Assembly (NCBI GenBank): GCA_963800695.1
Contig: CAWDCA010000019.1
Coordinates: forward strand, 15,085 to 79,084
DNA from: an uncultured Alphaproteobacteria bacterium
GTDB lineage: Bacteria > Pseudomonadota > Alphaproteobacteria > Rhizobiales > Xanthobacteraceae
DNA: 64,000 nt
Reading direction: 5' to 3'
Part shown: piece by piece, positions 1-10,241 of the stretch
Layout: each line of letters begins with the position of its first letter
How positions within the stretch are numbered: the stretch's first letter is position 1
The notes under the pieces: model-generated
The model's database searches: none
Seen by the model: only the letters and a program-made list of their open reading frames with translations
Told to the model about the DNA's origin: nothing
Made by a program: the position numbers and the translations under genes

Positions 1-303
1 GTTGATCGCGACTTCGCCGGAGGCCGCCATCAGCAAGGTGAGGCCATCGGGCTGCGATTTGGCCACCGCGCTTGCGGCGATCATCGCGCTCGCGCCGGGG
101 CGATTTTCCACCAGCACGGTCTGGCCGAACGCCTGTTTCATCTGCTCGCCGAACAGCCGCGCGACGAGATCTATGCCGCCGCCCGCCGGATAGCCGGCGA
201 GAATGCGGATCGGCCGGTCGGGCCAGGTTTGCGCGTTTGCGTTTCCCGCCATGGCCGCCAGCGCAACGCCGCTCACGAATTCTCGTCGATTGAGCACGGA
301 CAT
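1..303 (-). CDS. Bug-family (TctC-like) periplasmic substrate-binding protein of a tripartite tricarboxylate transporter; N-terminal part only, gene runs off the left edge
   Basis: My reverse-strand translation from ATG 303..301 reads MSVLNRREFVSGVALAAMAGNANAQTWPDRPIRILAGYPAGGGIDLVARLFGEQMKQAFGQTVLVENRPGASAMIAASAVAKSQPDGLTLLMAASGEVAIN. It has an RR-type signal followed by the YPAGGG.D..AR and V.N.PGA motifs typical of Bug/TctC proteins. Absent from the ORF track because there is no stop in the window. Confidence 0.7.
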   Translation of the reverse strand, partial: MSVLNRREFVSGVALAAMAGNANAQTWPDRPIRILAGYPAGGGIDLVARLFGEQMKQAFGQTVLVENRPGASAMIAASAVAKSQPDGLTLLMAASGEVAIN

Positions 304-565
304 CTCCGCTTTCCGGGGAAGTGATTCGAGTTCGATGGAAAAACACCGCCGCGACCCTAGCGCCGAAAGCGGCCTTCGCTAACCCCCGATCAACCACGAC
401 GCCCGGGAACCCGGCTAAATCTGCACATTCGTTCATCTTTTCGCATTGCGGCTCCGCAATTTCGGCCAAATTGCGCGCGAGTATTTGGCACCCGCACTGC
501 GGATGGTTTATTTCCTTCACTGCGTTCGGCGCACAGCCGAACGCTCCAACGAGGTCCTGAACTCC

Positions 566-904
566 ATGATGAAGACCTTCACGACACTAACGGCGGCGGC
601 GACCCTCGCGGTCGCGCTTGCGGCTGCGCCGACCGACGCCAATGCGCAACGGCGCTGGGGCTGGGGTCCGGCAGTCGGGCTCGGCATTCTCGGCGGCGTC
701 GCGGCCGGTGCGATCATGAGCGGCGCGATCGCGAACTCCTACGGTCCGGCCTATGTGGTTCAGCCGGGCTATGTTCCTTACGAGGGATATTATGGCGGTC
801 CGCCGGTCGGTTGCCCGGGCGGCTACTGGGCGCGCAGGCCGGTCGTCGATCAATGGGGCAATGTGGTCGGCTATCGCGGCCGCCCGCAGTTCTTCTGCCC
901 GTGA
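566..904 (+). CDS. small secreted Gly/Pro/Tyr-rich protein of unknown function
   Basis: Within ORF 446..904 the internal ATG at 566 gives MMKTFTTLTAAATLAVALAAAPTDANA|Q, a classical signal peptide with an AxA site. A strong hairpin plus T-run follows. No family recognised. Confidence 0.55.
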   Translation: MMKTFTTLTAAATLAVALAAAPTDANAQRRWGWGPAVGLGILGGVAAGAIMSGAIANSYGPAYVVQPGYVPYEGYYGGPPVGCPGGYWARRPVVDQWGNVVGYRGRPQFFCP

Positions 905-935
905 TCTGATCGGCTTATCAAGTCGAGTTTGAGAA

Positions 936-965
936 CCCGGCCCGCGCAAGCGCGGCCGGGTTTTT
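936..965 (+). terminator. rho-independent terminator between convergent genes
   Basis: cccggcccgcg (936-946), loop caag, cgcggccggg (951-960), then ttttt (961-965). Lies between the stop at 904 (+) and the stop at 971 (-). Confidence 0.65.
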
Positions 966-970
966 CATTT

Positions 971-2185
971 TCATTTCATGTGATCGAGCACGGCCTGCGT
1001 CGGCCAGCAGTCGAGCTTGAGCCCATTCTGTTTCTGGTAGGCGCCGAGTGCCGCGCGGGTCAGCATGCCGGCCTTGCCATCGATCTTGTCGTTGTAAAAC
1101 TTGAGCCTTGTGAGCGTGCGCTGCATCCGCTCCAGCGCCGCGGAAGGAAGCTGCGCCACCTTGCCCCATTTTTGTTCGAACGCTGGCCCGCCCGCGATGC
1201 GGTCCGCGAGATGGCCGACGAACAGCACATAAAGATCGGAGAAATTGTAGTCCTTGAGCGCGAAGTAATTCTTCGTCACGAGGAACGCCGGACCGTAAAG
1301 TCCCGCCGGCATCAGCAACGATGCCTCCTGTGCAAGCTCGGCGACGCTGAGCTTGCGGTCGTAAGCCGGCGCGTAGCCGCGCTTCACCCATTCGCCGATG
1401 GTCATCTTCACGCCGGGCTGCGCGATGGTGCAGTCCGCGTCGCGCGGCGCCCTCACCTCGTAGGCGAAGCGCTGGCCGCGCTGCCAGCCAAGCTCGGCGA
1501 GATGATTGGCGATGGTGGCAAGCGCATCCGGCACCGAGGTCCAGATGTCGCGCTTGCCGTCGCCGTCGAAATCGACCGCGTATTTGTAGAAGCCCGAAGG
1601 CAGAAGCTGCGGATGCCCCATGGCGCCGGCCCACGAGCTTCGCATTGCGGGCAGCGTCACATGGCCCTCCTGCAGCATCTTGAGCGCGAGCAGGAATTCC
1701 TCGCGGAACTGCTCCTTGCGCCGGCCGAGATAGGCCTGCGTGGCGAGCGCGCGCACCGCGCTATCCGGCATTTTCGCGGCCCCATAGCCGGTCTCGCGCG
1801 CCCAGATCGCCAGCACGATCGCAGGCGGCACGCCGAAACGCTGCTCGATCCTCGTGAGCATCGCGCGATGCTGTTCGAGTTGCCTGCGCCCTTGCGTGGC
1901 CAGTTGATCGAACGCGGTCTCCTTCAGGTACTCGGCCGGCGTCTGCACGAACTCGGCCTGCGCAGGCTGCCGGTCCGGCCTCCCCGGGATCACGAGATCG
2001 GGCAGCGTCGGGTCCGGCTCAAGGGAGCGCGTCGCCGCGTCGTATGTGGCGCGCGTGACGCCGAGTTGCTGGGCGGCGGGGTAAAGCTGCTCAAGCCAGC
2101 GGGTGAACGCCGCGTCGGCCGCCTGCGCCGCGCCTGCCAAAAGCAGGTTCAGCCAGAAAGCCGCCGCGAGCGCGCGCGCAATCAT
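971..2185 (-). CDS. lytic murein transglycosylase (MltB family) with C-terminal peptidoglycan-binding domain
   Basis: 404-aa ORF. Signal peptide MIARALAAAFWLNLLLAGAAQA. Transglycosylase core motifs LAIWARETGYG and SWAGAMGHPQLLPS...DFDGDGKRDIW. C-terminal DGKAGMLTRAALGAYQKQNGL matches a PG-binding repeat. Confidence 0.85.
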   Translation of the reverse strand: MIARALAAAFWLNLLLAGAAQAADAAFTRWLEQLYPAAQQLGVTRATYDAATRSLEPDPTLPDLVIPGRPDRQPAQAEFVQTPAEYLKETAFDQLATQGRRQLEQHRAMLTRIEQRFGVPPAIVLAIWARETGYGAAKMPDSAVRALATQAYLGRRKEQFREEFLLALKMLQEGHVTLPAMRSSWAGAMGHPQLLPSGFYKYAVDFDGDGKRDIWTSVPDALATIANHLAELGWQRGQRFAYEVRAPRDADCTIAQPGVKMTIGEWVKRGYAPAYDRKLSVAELAQEASLLMPAGLYGPAFLVTKNYFALKDYNFSDLYVLFVGHLADRIAGGPAFEQKWGKVAQLPSAALERMQRTLTRLKFYNDKIDGKAGMLTRAALGAYQKQNGLKLDCWPTQAVLDHMK

Positions 2186-2189
2186 CCGC

Positions 2190-2759
2190 TCAATGATGCT
2201 GAGCCGGGGGGAGCGGCTGCCCCATCCGGTCCACCGCCGCGATCCCGATCGCCGAGAGGATGAACACGGTGTGGATGATCGTCTGCCACATCACGCCGGT
2301 CTCGGTGTACTTCGTGGCGGCGGTACCGAGCGAGCCGGCCTCGATGAATGTGCGCAGCAAATGGATCGACGAGATGCCGATGATCGCCATCGCGAGCTTG
2401 ATCTTGAGCACGCTCGCATTGACGTGGCTCAGCCATTCCGGCTGGTCCGGATGCCCCTGCAGATTCAGCCGCGACACGAAGGTCTCGTAGCCACCGACGA
2501 TCACCATCACGAGCAGGTTGGAAATCATCACCACGTCGATCAGGCCGAGCACCGCCAGCATGATCGCCTGCTCGGTGATCTCGAAGGAGTGCAGGAAGAG
2601 GTGCCACAACTCCTTCAGGAATAGGACGACGTAGACCCCCTGCGCCACGATCAGGCCGAGGTAGAGCGGCAGCTGCAGCCAGCGCGACGAGAAGATCAGC
2701 AGCGGCAGCGGCCGCAATCCGGCGTACGGGGGGATGGGCGTTTCGGGAGCCATGCTCAT
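2190..2759 (-). CDS. UPF0114 (YqhA) family inner-membrane protein
   Basis: 189-aa ORF with several hydrophobic helices. The pattern [15 protein letters not shown]...[24 protein letters not shown] is characteristic of YqhA/UPF0114. Confidence 0.75.
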   Translation of the reverse strand: MSMAPETPIPPYAGLRPLPLLIFSSRWLQLPLYLGLIVAQGVYVVLFLKELWHLFLHSFEITEQAIMLAVLGLIDVVMISNLLVMVIVGGYETFVSRLNLQGHPDQPEWLSHVNASVLKIKLAMAIIGISSIHLLRTFIEAGSLGTAATKYTETGVMWQTIIHTVFILSAIGIAAVDRMGQPLPPAQHH

Positions 2760-2887
2760 GGGGTGTCACCGGTTGGGGGCGGAAGGCGATGCCGCGGCAA
2801 GCGCCAGCGCGGGACCGGTTATATTTGATTCGGTGACGTGCGTTTGAAGGTATCGCGCCGTCGTGCGCTGGAATGACGCAGAACGGC

Positions 2888-3160
2888 TTATTCCGATTTC
2901 GGGAATGCGCCGCCCAGCTTCGCGATGACGTCCGCCCGCCCCGCCTTCATGCGCGCGCTGTAGTCCGCCGCGAACGGCTCGGTCAGGACGCTCTCCAGCG
3001 ACGCGAGTGTCGCCCATAGCGCCGGAAGCTCGGCCTTGTGCGCCAGCGCCTCGTTCAACGGCTCGCCCTCTTCCTCGTCGGCCGTGCGCGAGAGGAAATC
3101 GAACAGCACGAGCGCGACCGAGCGGTCGAGCGCGACATGGACCTGATCCGAGACAACCAC
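2888..3160 (-). CDS. small acidic hypothetical protein (about 90 aa)
   Basis: C-terminal part of track ORF 2888..3886. GTG at 3160 is preceded by aaggaga 6 nt upstream. The longer upstream extension runs antisense to the enolase-superfamily gene and looks spurious. No family recognised. Confidence 0.4.
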   Translation of the reverse strand: MVVSDQVHVALDRSVALVLFDFLSRTADEEEGEPLNEALAHKAELPALWATLASLESVLTEPFAADYSARMKAGRADVIAKLGGAFPKSE

Positions 3161-3277
3161 CGCTATTCTCCTTGCGCAGCGAATTTTTCGCGCCGCGTTG
3201 TTATAGCCGATCCGGTGACGGATGAATCGCGAAGGGCGATTGCGCCTGCCGCCAAAGTCGCCCAGCATATGCGGGCC

Positions 3278-4423
3278 ATGAAGATCACCGACATCGCGAT
3301 CCACGTCCTCAAAAGTCCACTCGCCGAGCCGTTCGCGTTTTCCCAAGGCTGGGTGCGTCAACGCTCGGCCACGCTGGTCGAGGTCCTGACCGACGCGGGC
3401 GTCAGCGGCTGGGGCGAGGCATTCGCGCAAGGGCTGGAGCCGCCCGAGATCGCCGCCACCGTCATCGACAAGGCGCTCCGGCCGCTCGTCACCGGCGCCG
3501 ATCCGCTCGACACCGAGGTGCTGTGGCACAGGATGTATCACATGACGCGCGACTACGGCCGCAAAGGTTCGGTCGTCGCAGCGATCAGCGCAATCGATAT
3601 CGCGCTGTGGGATATCGCCGGCAAGGTTCACGGCATCCCCGTCTACAAGCTGCTCGGTGGCGCGTTCCGCGCGCGCGTGCAGCCTTACGCCACTGGCTTC
3701 TACCGGATCAAAGGCTAGGGCGAAGGGAAGCGTCTGGCTGAAGAAGCGCTGCGCCATTTCGAGGCTGGCTTCTCGCTGATGAAGGTGAAGCTCGGTTTCG
3801 GCGTCGCGGACGACATTGCATGCATGCGCGAGATCGGCCGCGCGATTCAAGGCAAGCCAATCACCCTGATGGTCGACACCAATCACGCCTACGGCCGCGC
3901 TGAGGCGCTACGGCTCGGCCGCGCGCTCGAAGAATACGATCTGCGCTGGTACGAGGAGCCGGTCGCGCCGGAAGACCTCCAGGGCTACGCCGAAATGCGC
4001 GCCAGGCTCACGATGCCGATTGCCGGGGGCGAAAACGAGCACACGCTGTTCGGCTTCCGCGAGTTTCTCGGCGCCGGTGCGGTCGACATCGCGCAGCCTG
4101 ACATCGGCTCATGCGGCGGAATCTCGGCGGCCCGCCACATCATGGCGTTGGCGCAGTCCCACGGCGTGCAGGTGAACCCGCATGTCTGGGGCTCGGCCAT
4201 CGCGCAGGCGGCATCGCTGCATGTGATCGCCGCGGTGCCGGTCGCGCACCATTCGCTCTATCCGCAGGAGCCGGTTCTCGAATACGACCGCTCCTCGCAC
4301 CCGTTCCGCGAACATCTCATCAAGGAGCCGATCCGGCAGGTCGGCGGCTGGGTCCACGTTTCTGATAAGCCGGGGCTCGGAATCGAGGTCGATCGCGCCA
4401 CGATCGAGCGGTATCGGGTCTAG
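3278..4423 (+). pseudogene. mandelate racemase / muconate lactonizing enzyme family (enolase superfamily) gene interrupted by one in-frame TAG at 3716-3718
   Basis: ORFs 3038..3718 and 3779..4423 are in the same frame. Read-through gives MKITDIAIHVLKSPL...ATGFYRIKG*GEGKRLAEEALRHFEAGFSLMKVKLGFG...MVDTNHAY...YEEPV...GGENEH. This is a continuous MR/MLE N-terminal capping domain plus barrel with metal-ligand motifs. Confidence 0.8.
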
Positions 4424-4502
4424 TGCTTGCGCTCATTCTCGCGGAAGCGGGAATCCGTCTTTGGCCAAGTTCCGGTCTCCGCTTTCGCGGGGACTGGCGG
4501 CG

Positions 4503-6152
<1,650 letters not shown>

Positions 6153-6566
6153 TCTGCCCTGCCCTCGCGATGGAATGTCGGGGAATTCGGCGCTGATGTA
6201 GCTGCCGCGAGGCGCAAGGGCAAGCGTCGCGCGCCCGCGTTCGTCAGCCGGCACGGCCGCTACAATGTATCGCCGGTGCCGGAATGATGTATCGCGCGTG
6301 CTCACGCTTGGGTCACATCAGCGCGAACAATTCTTCCACCGAAACGTGACCCGCGTCACATCGTAGCTTGCGGCAAGCGTGTATCTGTCTGCGGTGCCGG
6401 TAAAACTTCGGAAACAATATTCGCAGATCGGCAGTACTACGCAGGCGAAGTTGTAACGAATTTTAACCAATTCGGCCGCATCTTGTCCGCTGAACCAGGC
6501 GGACATCGGCCGCGACAAAAAAGCGGACCCGGCAGTCGGGGCCCGCCTGGAGGACGGGAATGTGTC

Positions 6567-6767
6567 ATGGCCAGCAAGTCGAAAACACCGAGCATCGGCA
6601 AGGCCGTCGCTGACCTCTGGCGCACCGTGACGTCCGACCTGTTCAACGAATATCGCCCCGAGCGGCACTACATGCGCGGCCCCGGCCCGAAGTGGCGCGC
6701 CAAGCACGCCCGCACCGCCGTCACCTCCGAGCCCGATCTGGGCGGCATGGCCAACGCGTCGGCGTGA
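6567..6767 (+). CDS. small conserved hypothetical protein (66 aa)
   Basis: ATG 6567 is preceded by ggaggacggg. Sequence MASKSKTPSIGKAVADLW...YRPERHYMRGPGPKWRAKHA. I recall the motif from small proteins of related genomes, but no function is known. Confidence 0.45.
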   Translation: MASKSKTPSIGKAVADLWRTVTSDLFNEYRPERHYMRGPGPKWRAKHARTAVTSEPDLGGMANASA

Positions 6768-6835
6768 ACCTCGTTCCCGGCTTGTTCCCTCTGCGGCATT
6801 GGGCCTGACCGGCCGCGGCCTTATATTGCGGCCGC

Positions 6836-7739
6836 ATGACCACGAACTTCGTCCCAACTGTTATCGCCGACGACTACCTGATCCGCCCGAACCCGGCCGA
6901 CCCGCGGCTGACCGAGCGCGTGTCCGGCATCGACCAGACCGGCGCGCCGCTGACGACCTCGGTCACGGTCGAGCGCGCGCTGACGATTTATCTCAACCGC
7001 CAGGAGATCGTCACCGCGATGACGATCGGCGACTACCCGGACTATCTGGCGATCGGCTATTTGCTCAATCAGAACATGCTGCAGCAGGACGACGTGGTGA
7101 CCGGCGTCGACTACGACGAGGACCTTGCCGTTGCCATCGTGCGCACCGAGCGCGAGACCGACTACGAGGACAAGCTGCAGAAGCGCACGCAGACCTCGGG
7201 CTGCGCGCAGGGCACCGATTTTCGGCGACCTCATGGAGGTGATCGAAAGCGCAAAGCTGCCGGCCGCGACCTTGCGCACCTCGTGGCTCTACGCGCTGAC
7301 GCACAAGATCAACACCACGCCGTCGCTTTATCTCGAGGCCGGCGCGATCCATGGCTGCGTGCTGGCGCAGGAGGATCGCCCGCTGGTCTACATGGAGGAC
7401 GTCGGCCGCCACAACGCGGTCGACAAGATCGCCGGCTGGATGTTCCAGAATCGCGTGAGCGCCGGCGACAAGATTTTCTACACCACCGGCCGCCTCACCT
7501 CCGAAATGGTGATCAAGACCGTGCGCATGGGCATCCCGATTCTCGTCTCGCGTTCGGGCTTCACCGCCTGGGGCGTCGAACTTGCGCGCAAGGCGGGACT
7601 GACGCTGATCGGCCGCGCGCGCGGGAAGCGCTTCGTCGCGCTCGCGGGCGAAGACCGCATCGTGTTCGACCAGGATCTCGCTCACGTCGAGGAGGAGAGC
7701 GGCAAGCACCGGCGCAAGGCGGCGGTGCATGACGATTGA
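6836..7739 (+). pseudogene. fdhD: formate dehydrogenase accessory sulfurtransferase FdhD, split by a 1-nt frameshift near the T-run 7219-7222
   Basis: The N-terminal frame (6836..) reads ...QTSGCAQGTDF then drifts. The frame of ORF 7125..7739 continues FGDLMEVIESAKL...YMEDVGRHNAVDKIAGW...VSRSGFTAWGVELA. Removing one T from gattttcggc restores GTDFGDLMEV. Confidence 0.85.
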
Positions 7740-8346
7740 GACGTTCGGCCTCGTCCTCGCGGGCGGGCTCGCGCGCCGCATGGGCGGCGGCGACAAGGCG
7801 CTGATCCGCATCGGCAACGAGACGATCTTGCAGCGCGCTCTCGCGCGGCTGACCCCGCAGACGAGCGGCGTCGTCCTCAACGCGAACGGCGATCCAGCGC
7901 GTTTTGCTTCATTCGGCTTGCCGGTCGTCGCCGACAGCGTGCCGGATTTCGCCGGGCCGCTCGCGGGCATTCTGGCCGGGCTCGATTGGGTGGCGGCGAA
8001 CCGGCCCGGCACCGAATGGGTCGTCAGCGTGCCGGGCGACTGCCCGTTCCTGCCGCGCGATCTGGTGGCGAAGCTGCACGCAGCGCGCATCACCGAAGGC
8101 AAGCCGCTCGCCTGCGCGCATTCGGGCGACTGGCGTCATCCGGTCGTCGGGCTATGGCATGTCGGTCTGCGCGAGGACCTGCGTCACGCCATCACGGTCG
8201 AGGATTTGCGCAAGATCGAAGTGTGGACCGCGCGTCACGGCGTCGCGCTCGCCGATTGGTCGATGGAGCCGGTCGATCCGTTCTTCAACGTGAATACGCC
8301 GGAGGATGTCGAGAAGGCGAACGCTCTCTCCTTATCCCTCCCCTGA
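7729..8346 (+). CDS. mobA: molybdenum cofactor guanylyltransferase MobA
   Basis: 205-aa ORF starting [25 protein letters not shown]. Overlaps the fdhD end by 11 nt. Confidence 0.85.
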   Translation: MTIETFGLVLAGGLARRMGGGDKALIRIGNETILQRALARLTPQTSGVVLNANGDPARFASFGLPVVADSVPDFAGPLAGILAGLDWVAANRPGTEWVVSVPGDCPFLPRDLVAKLHAARITEGKPLACAHSGDWRHPVVGLWHVGLREDLRHAITVEDLRKIEVWTARHGVALADWSMEPVDPFFNVNTPEDVEKANALSLSLP

Positions 8347-8451
8347 AAGGGGAGGGTCGGCGCGTAGCGCCGGGTGGGGTCGTTCCAAATGCATACACCC
8401 CGCCCGTCGCTCGCTGCGCTCGCGTCCACCCTCCCCGCTGCGCGGGGAGGG
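8336..8451. repeat. two copies of the same GC-rich hairpin (CCCTCCCC...GGGGAGGG) between convergent mobA and moeA; REP-like, probably terminators
   Basis: Hairpin 1: ccctcccc (8336-8343), tgaaa, ggggaggg (8349-8356); it contains the mobA stop. Hairpin 2: ccctcccc (8429-8436), gctgcgc, ggggaggg (8444-8451); it ends 2 nt before the moeA stop. Confidence 0.6.
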
Positions 8452-8452
8452 A

Positions 8453-9710
8453 TCAGCCCGCCAGCACCGAGTAAGGCAGAAACCCGATGGTCTGCCCCTT
8501 CGCGATCTCGGTCACGTCGTCCTCAAGTTCCGCAAGGCCATCCGTCGCGGTCAAGGATGAAATGACGCCGGCACCGTCCTGCGGATGCTTGTTTGCTTCG
8601 TAGCTTCCATCGGGGCGCCGCGTCAGCGACACGCGCACATATTCGCGCCGGCCCTTTTTCTTCCTGTAGGCAAAACCCGAGACGACCGGCAGCGCGATCA
8701 GCGGCTCGGGCGCAGCGCCGCCCAGGCGCAGCAGCAACGGCCGCACCAGGCGCGCAAAAGTCACGAACACCGCGACCGGATTGCCCGGCAGCCCGACGAA
8801 TGCCGTGCCGCGCAGCACGCCCATCGCGACCGGCCGCCCCGGCTTGATCGCGACCCGCCAGAACACCAGCGAGCCCACGGCACCAATGGCTTCCTTCACA
8901 TAGTCGGCTTCGCCGGTCGACACGCCGCCGGAGGTGAGCACCAGATCGTGGCCCGCCGCTGCCTCGCCGAGCCTGGCGGCGAGCTTCTCGGGATCGTCGC
9001 GCAAAATGCCGAGATCGCTCACCTCGGCATCGAGCCGCGCCAGCAGTCCGCGCAAAAGCTCACGGTTCGCATCGTAGAGACCGGCCGCGGGCAGCGGGGT
9101 ACCCGGCTCGACGATCTCGTCGCCGGTGGAAAAGATCGCGACGCGTACGCGCCGCCGCACCGGCAGGCTCTGCAAGCCGAGCGCCGCCGCCATGCTCAAA
9201 TCCTGCGGTTGCAGCCGCCGGCTCGCACGCAGCGCGACCGAACCCTTCGGCACGTCCTCGCCGGCGAGCCGCCGGTTCGCGCCGAGCTTGAGTCCCGGCG
9301 GCACGATCACGGCGGCACCGTCGAGCCGCACGTCCTCCTGCATGAACACGGTGTCGGCGCCCGCCGGCATCGGCGCGCCGGTGAAGATGCGGATCGCCTC
9401 GCCCGCGTCGACCACGTGTGTGGCCGCGCGGCCCGCCGTCAGTCGATCGACGATCGCGAGCCTGGTTTCATCCTTCGCGCCGACATCCACGTGGCGCACC
9501 GCGTAACCGTCGACCGCCGAGTTATCGAACGGCGGCAGATCGATCGGCGCGATCACGTCGGCGGCGAGCACGCGCCCGCGCGCCTGCTTGCAGCGAAACC
9601 GTTTCGGTTTCGGCGACCGGCGTCACGCGCTCATTGATCAGCCGCTCGACATCGTCGATCGCGAGCAGCGGCCCGCCGAACGCGAAGCAATCGTCGGTGA
9701 GCTGGGCCAT
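8453..9710 (-). pseudogene. moeA: molybdopterin molybdotransferase MoeA, split by a 1-nt frameshift near 9575-9577
   Basis: ORF 9522..9710 gives MAQLTDDCFAFGGPLLAIDDVERLINERVTPVAETETVSLQAGAR... ORF 8453..9571 continues (V)LAADVIAPIDLPPFDNSAVDGYAV...STGDEIVEPG...LTSGGVSTGEADYV. Removing one G from the ggg (ccc on the plus strand at 9575-9577) joins them as LQAGARRVLAADV. Confidence 0.85.
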
Positions 9711-10234
9711 CAGGCGCTCCGCACCCGGGCGATGACAGTATCGAGCGGCACCGCCTTTGCGACGAGGATATCCGCCACAGCCTCGATATCGTCGAGCGCG
9801 ACGACCGGCACGCTCGCGGCGACTGGAGCGTCGCTCGCGACTGCGACAATATTCTCGTCTTCGGGGTGCAGCGGCGGCTTGCCGACCGACGCGCGATAGA
9901 CTTCGAGCTTGGGATGCGCCTGCGTCTTGAATCCTTCCACCAGCACGAGATCGACTTGCGACAATTTCTCAAGAAGCGCATCGAGCGTCCATTCGCGCTT
10001 GCCGCGCAGTTCATGGATCAGCGCGAAGCGATTGGCCGACGACACCAGCACCTCGGTCGCGCCCGCCTCGCGGTGCGTATGCGAGTCCTTGCCGGGCTGG
10101 TCGATGTCGAAGGCGTGATGCGCATGCTTGATGGTCGACACGCGCAAGCCCCGTGCGACGAGGCACGGGATCACGCGGGTGAGCAGCGTGGTCTTGCCCG
10201 CTCCGCTCCAGCCGGCGATGCCGATGACTTTCAT
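9710..10234 (-). CDS. mobB: molybdopterin-guanine dinucleotide biosynthesis adapter protein MobB
   Basis: 174-aa ORF starting MKVIGIAGWSGAGKTTLL (P-loop). Its stop shares 1 nt with the moeA start (TGATG). Confidence 0.85.
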   Translation of the reverse strand: MKVIGIAGWSGAGKTTLLTRVIPCLVARGLRVSTIKHAHHAFDIDQPGKDSHTHREAGATEVLVSSANRFALIHELRGKREWTLDALLEKLSQVDLVLVEGFKTQAHPKLEVYRASVGKPPLHPEDENIVAVASDAPVAASVPVVALDDIEAVADILVAKAVPLDTVIARVRSA

Positions 10235-10241
10235 GCTGTCA

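Noticed and set aside
3716-3718. Recoding explanations: TAG as pyrrolysine or programmed readthrough, and the frameshifts as programmed ribosomal frameshifts
   Set aside because: No pyl genes or recoding signals are visible. The shift sites lack slippery heptamers with downstream structures. They occur in many unrelated enzyme genes, whose families are not known to use recoding.
6153-6566. A 414-nt divergent intergenic region upstream of ettA. It has a 7-bp stem (gggtcac 6310-6316 / gtgaccc 6346-6352), a direct repeat of GTCACATC (6312 and 6355), and a tgtccgc/gcggaca hairpin near 6482-6507
   Set aside because: The structures are short and I recognise no riboswitch, leader-peptide or sRNA signature. 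The evidence is not enough to call a feature.
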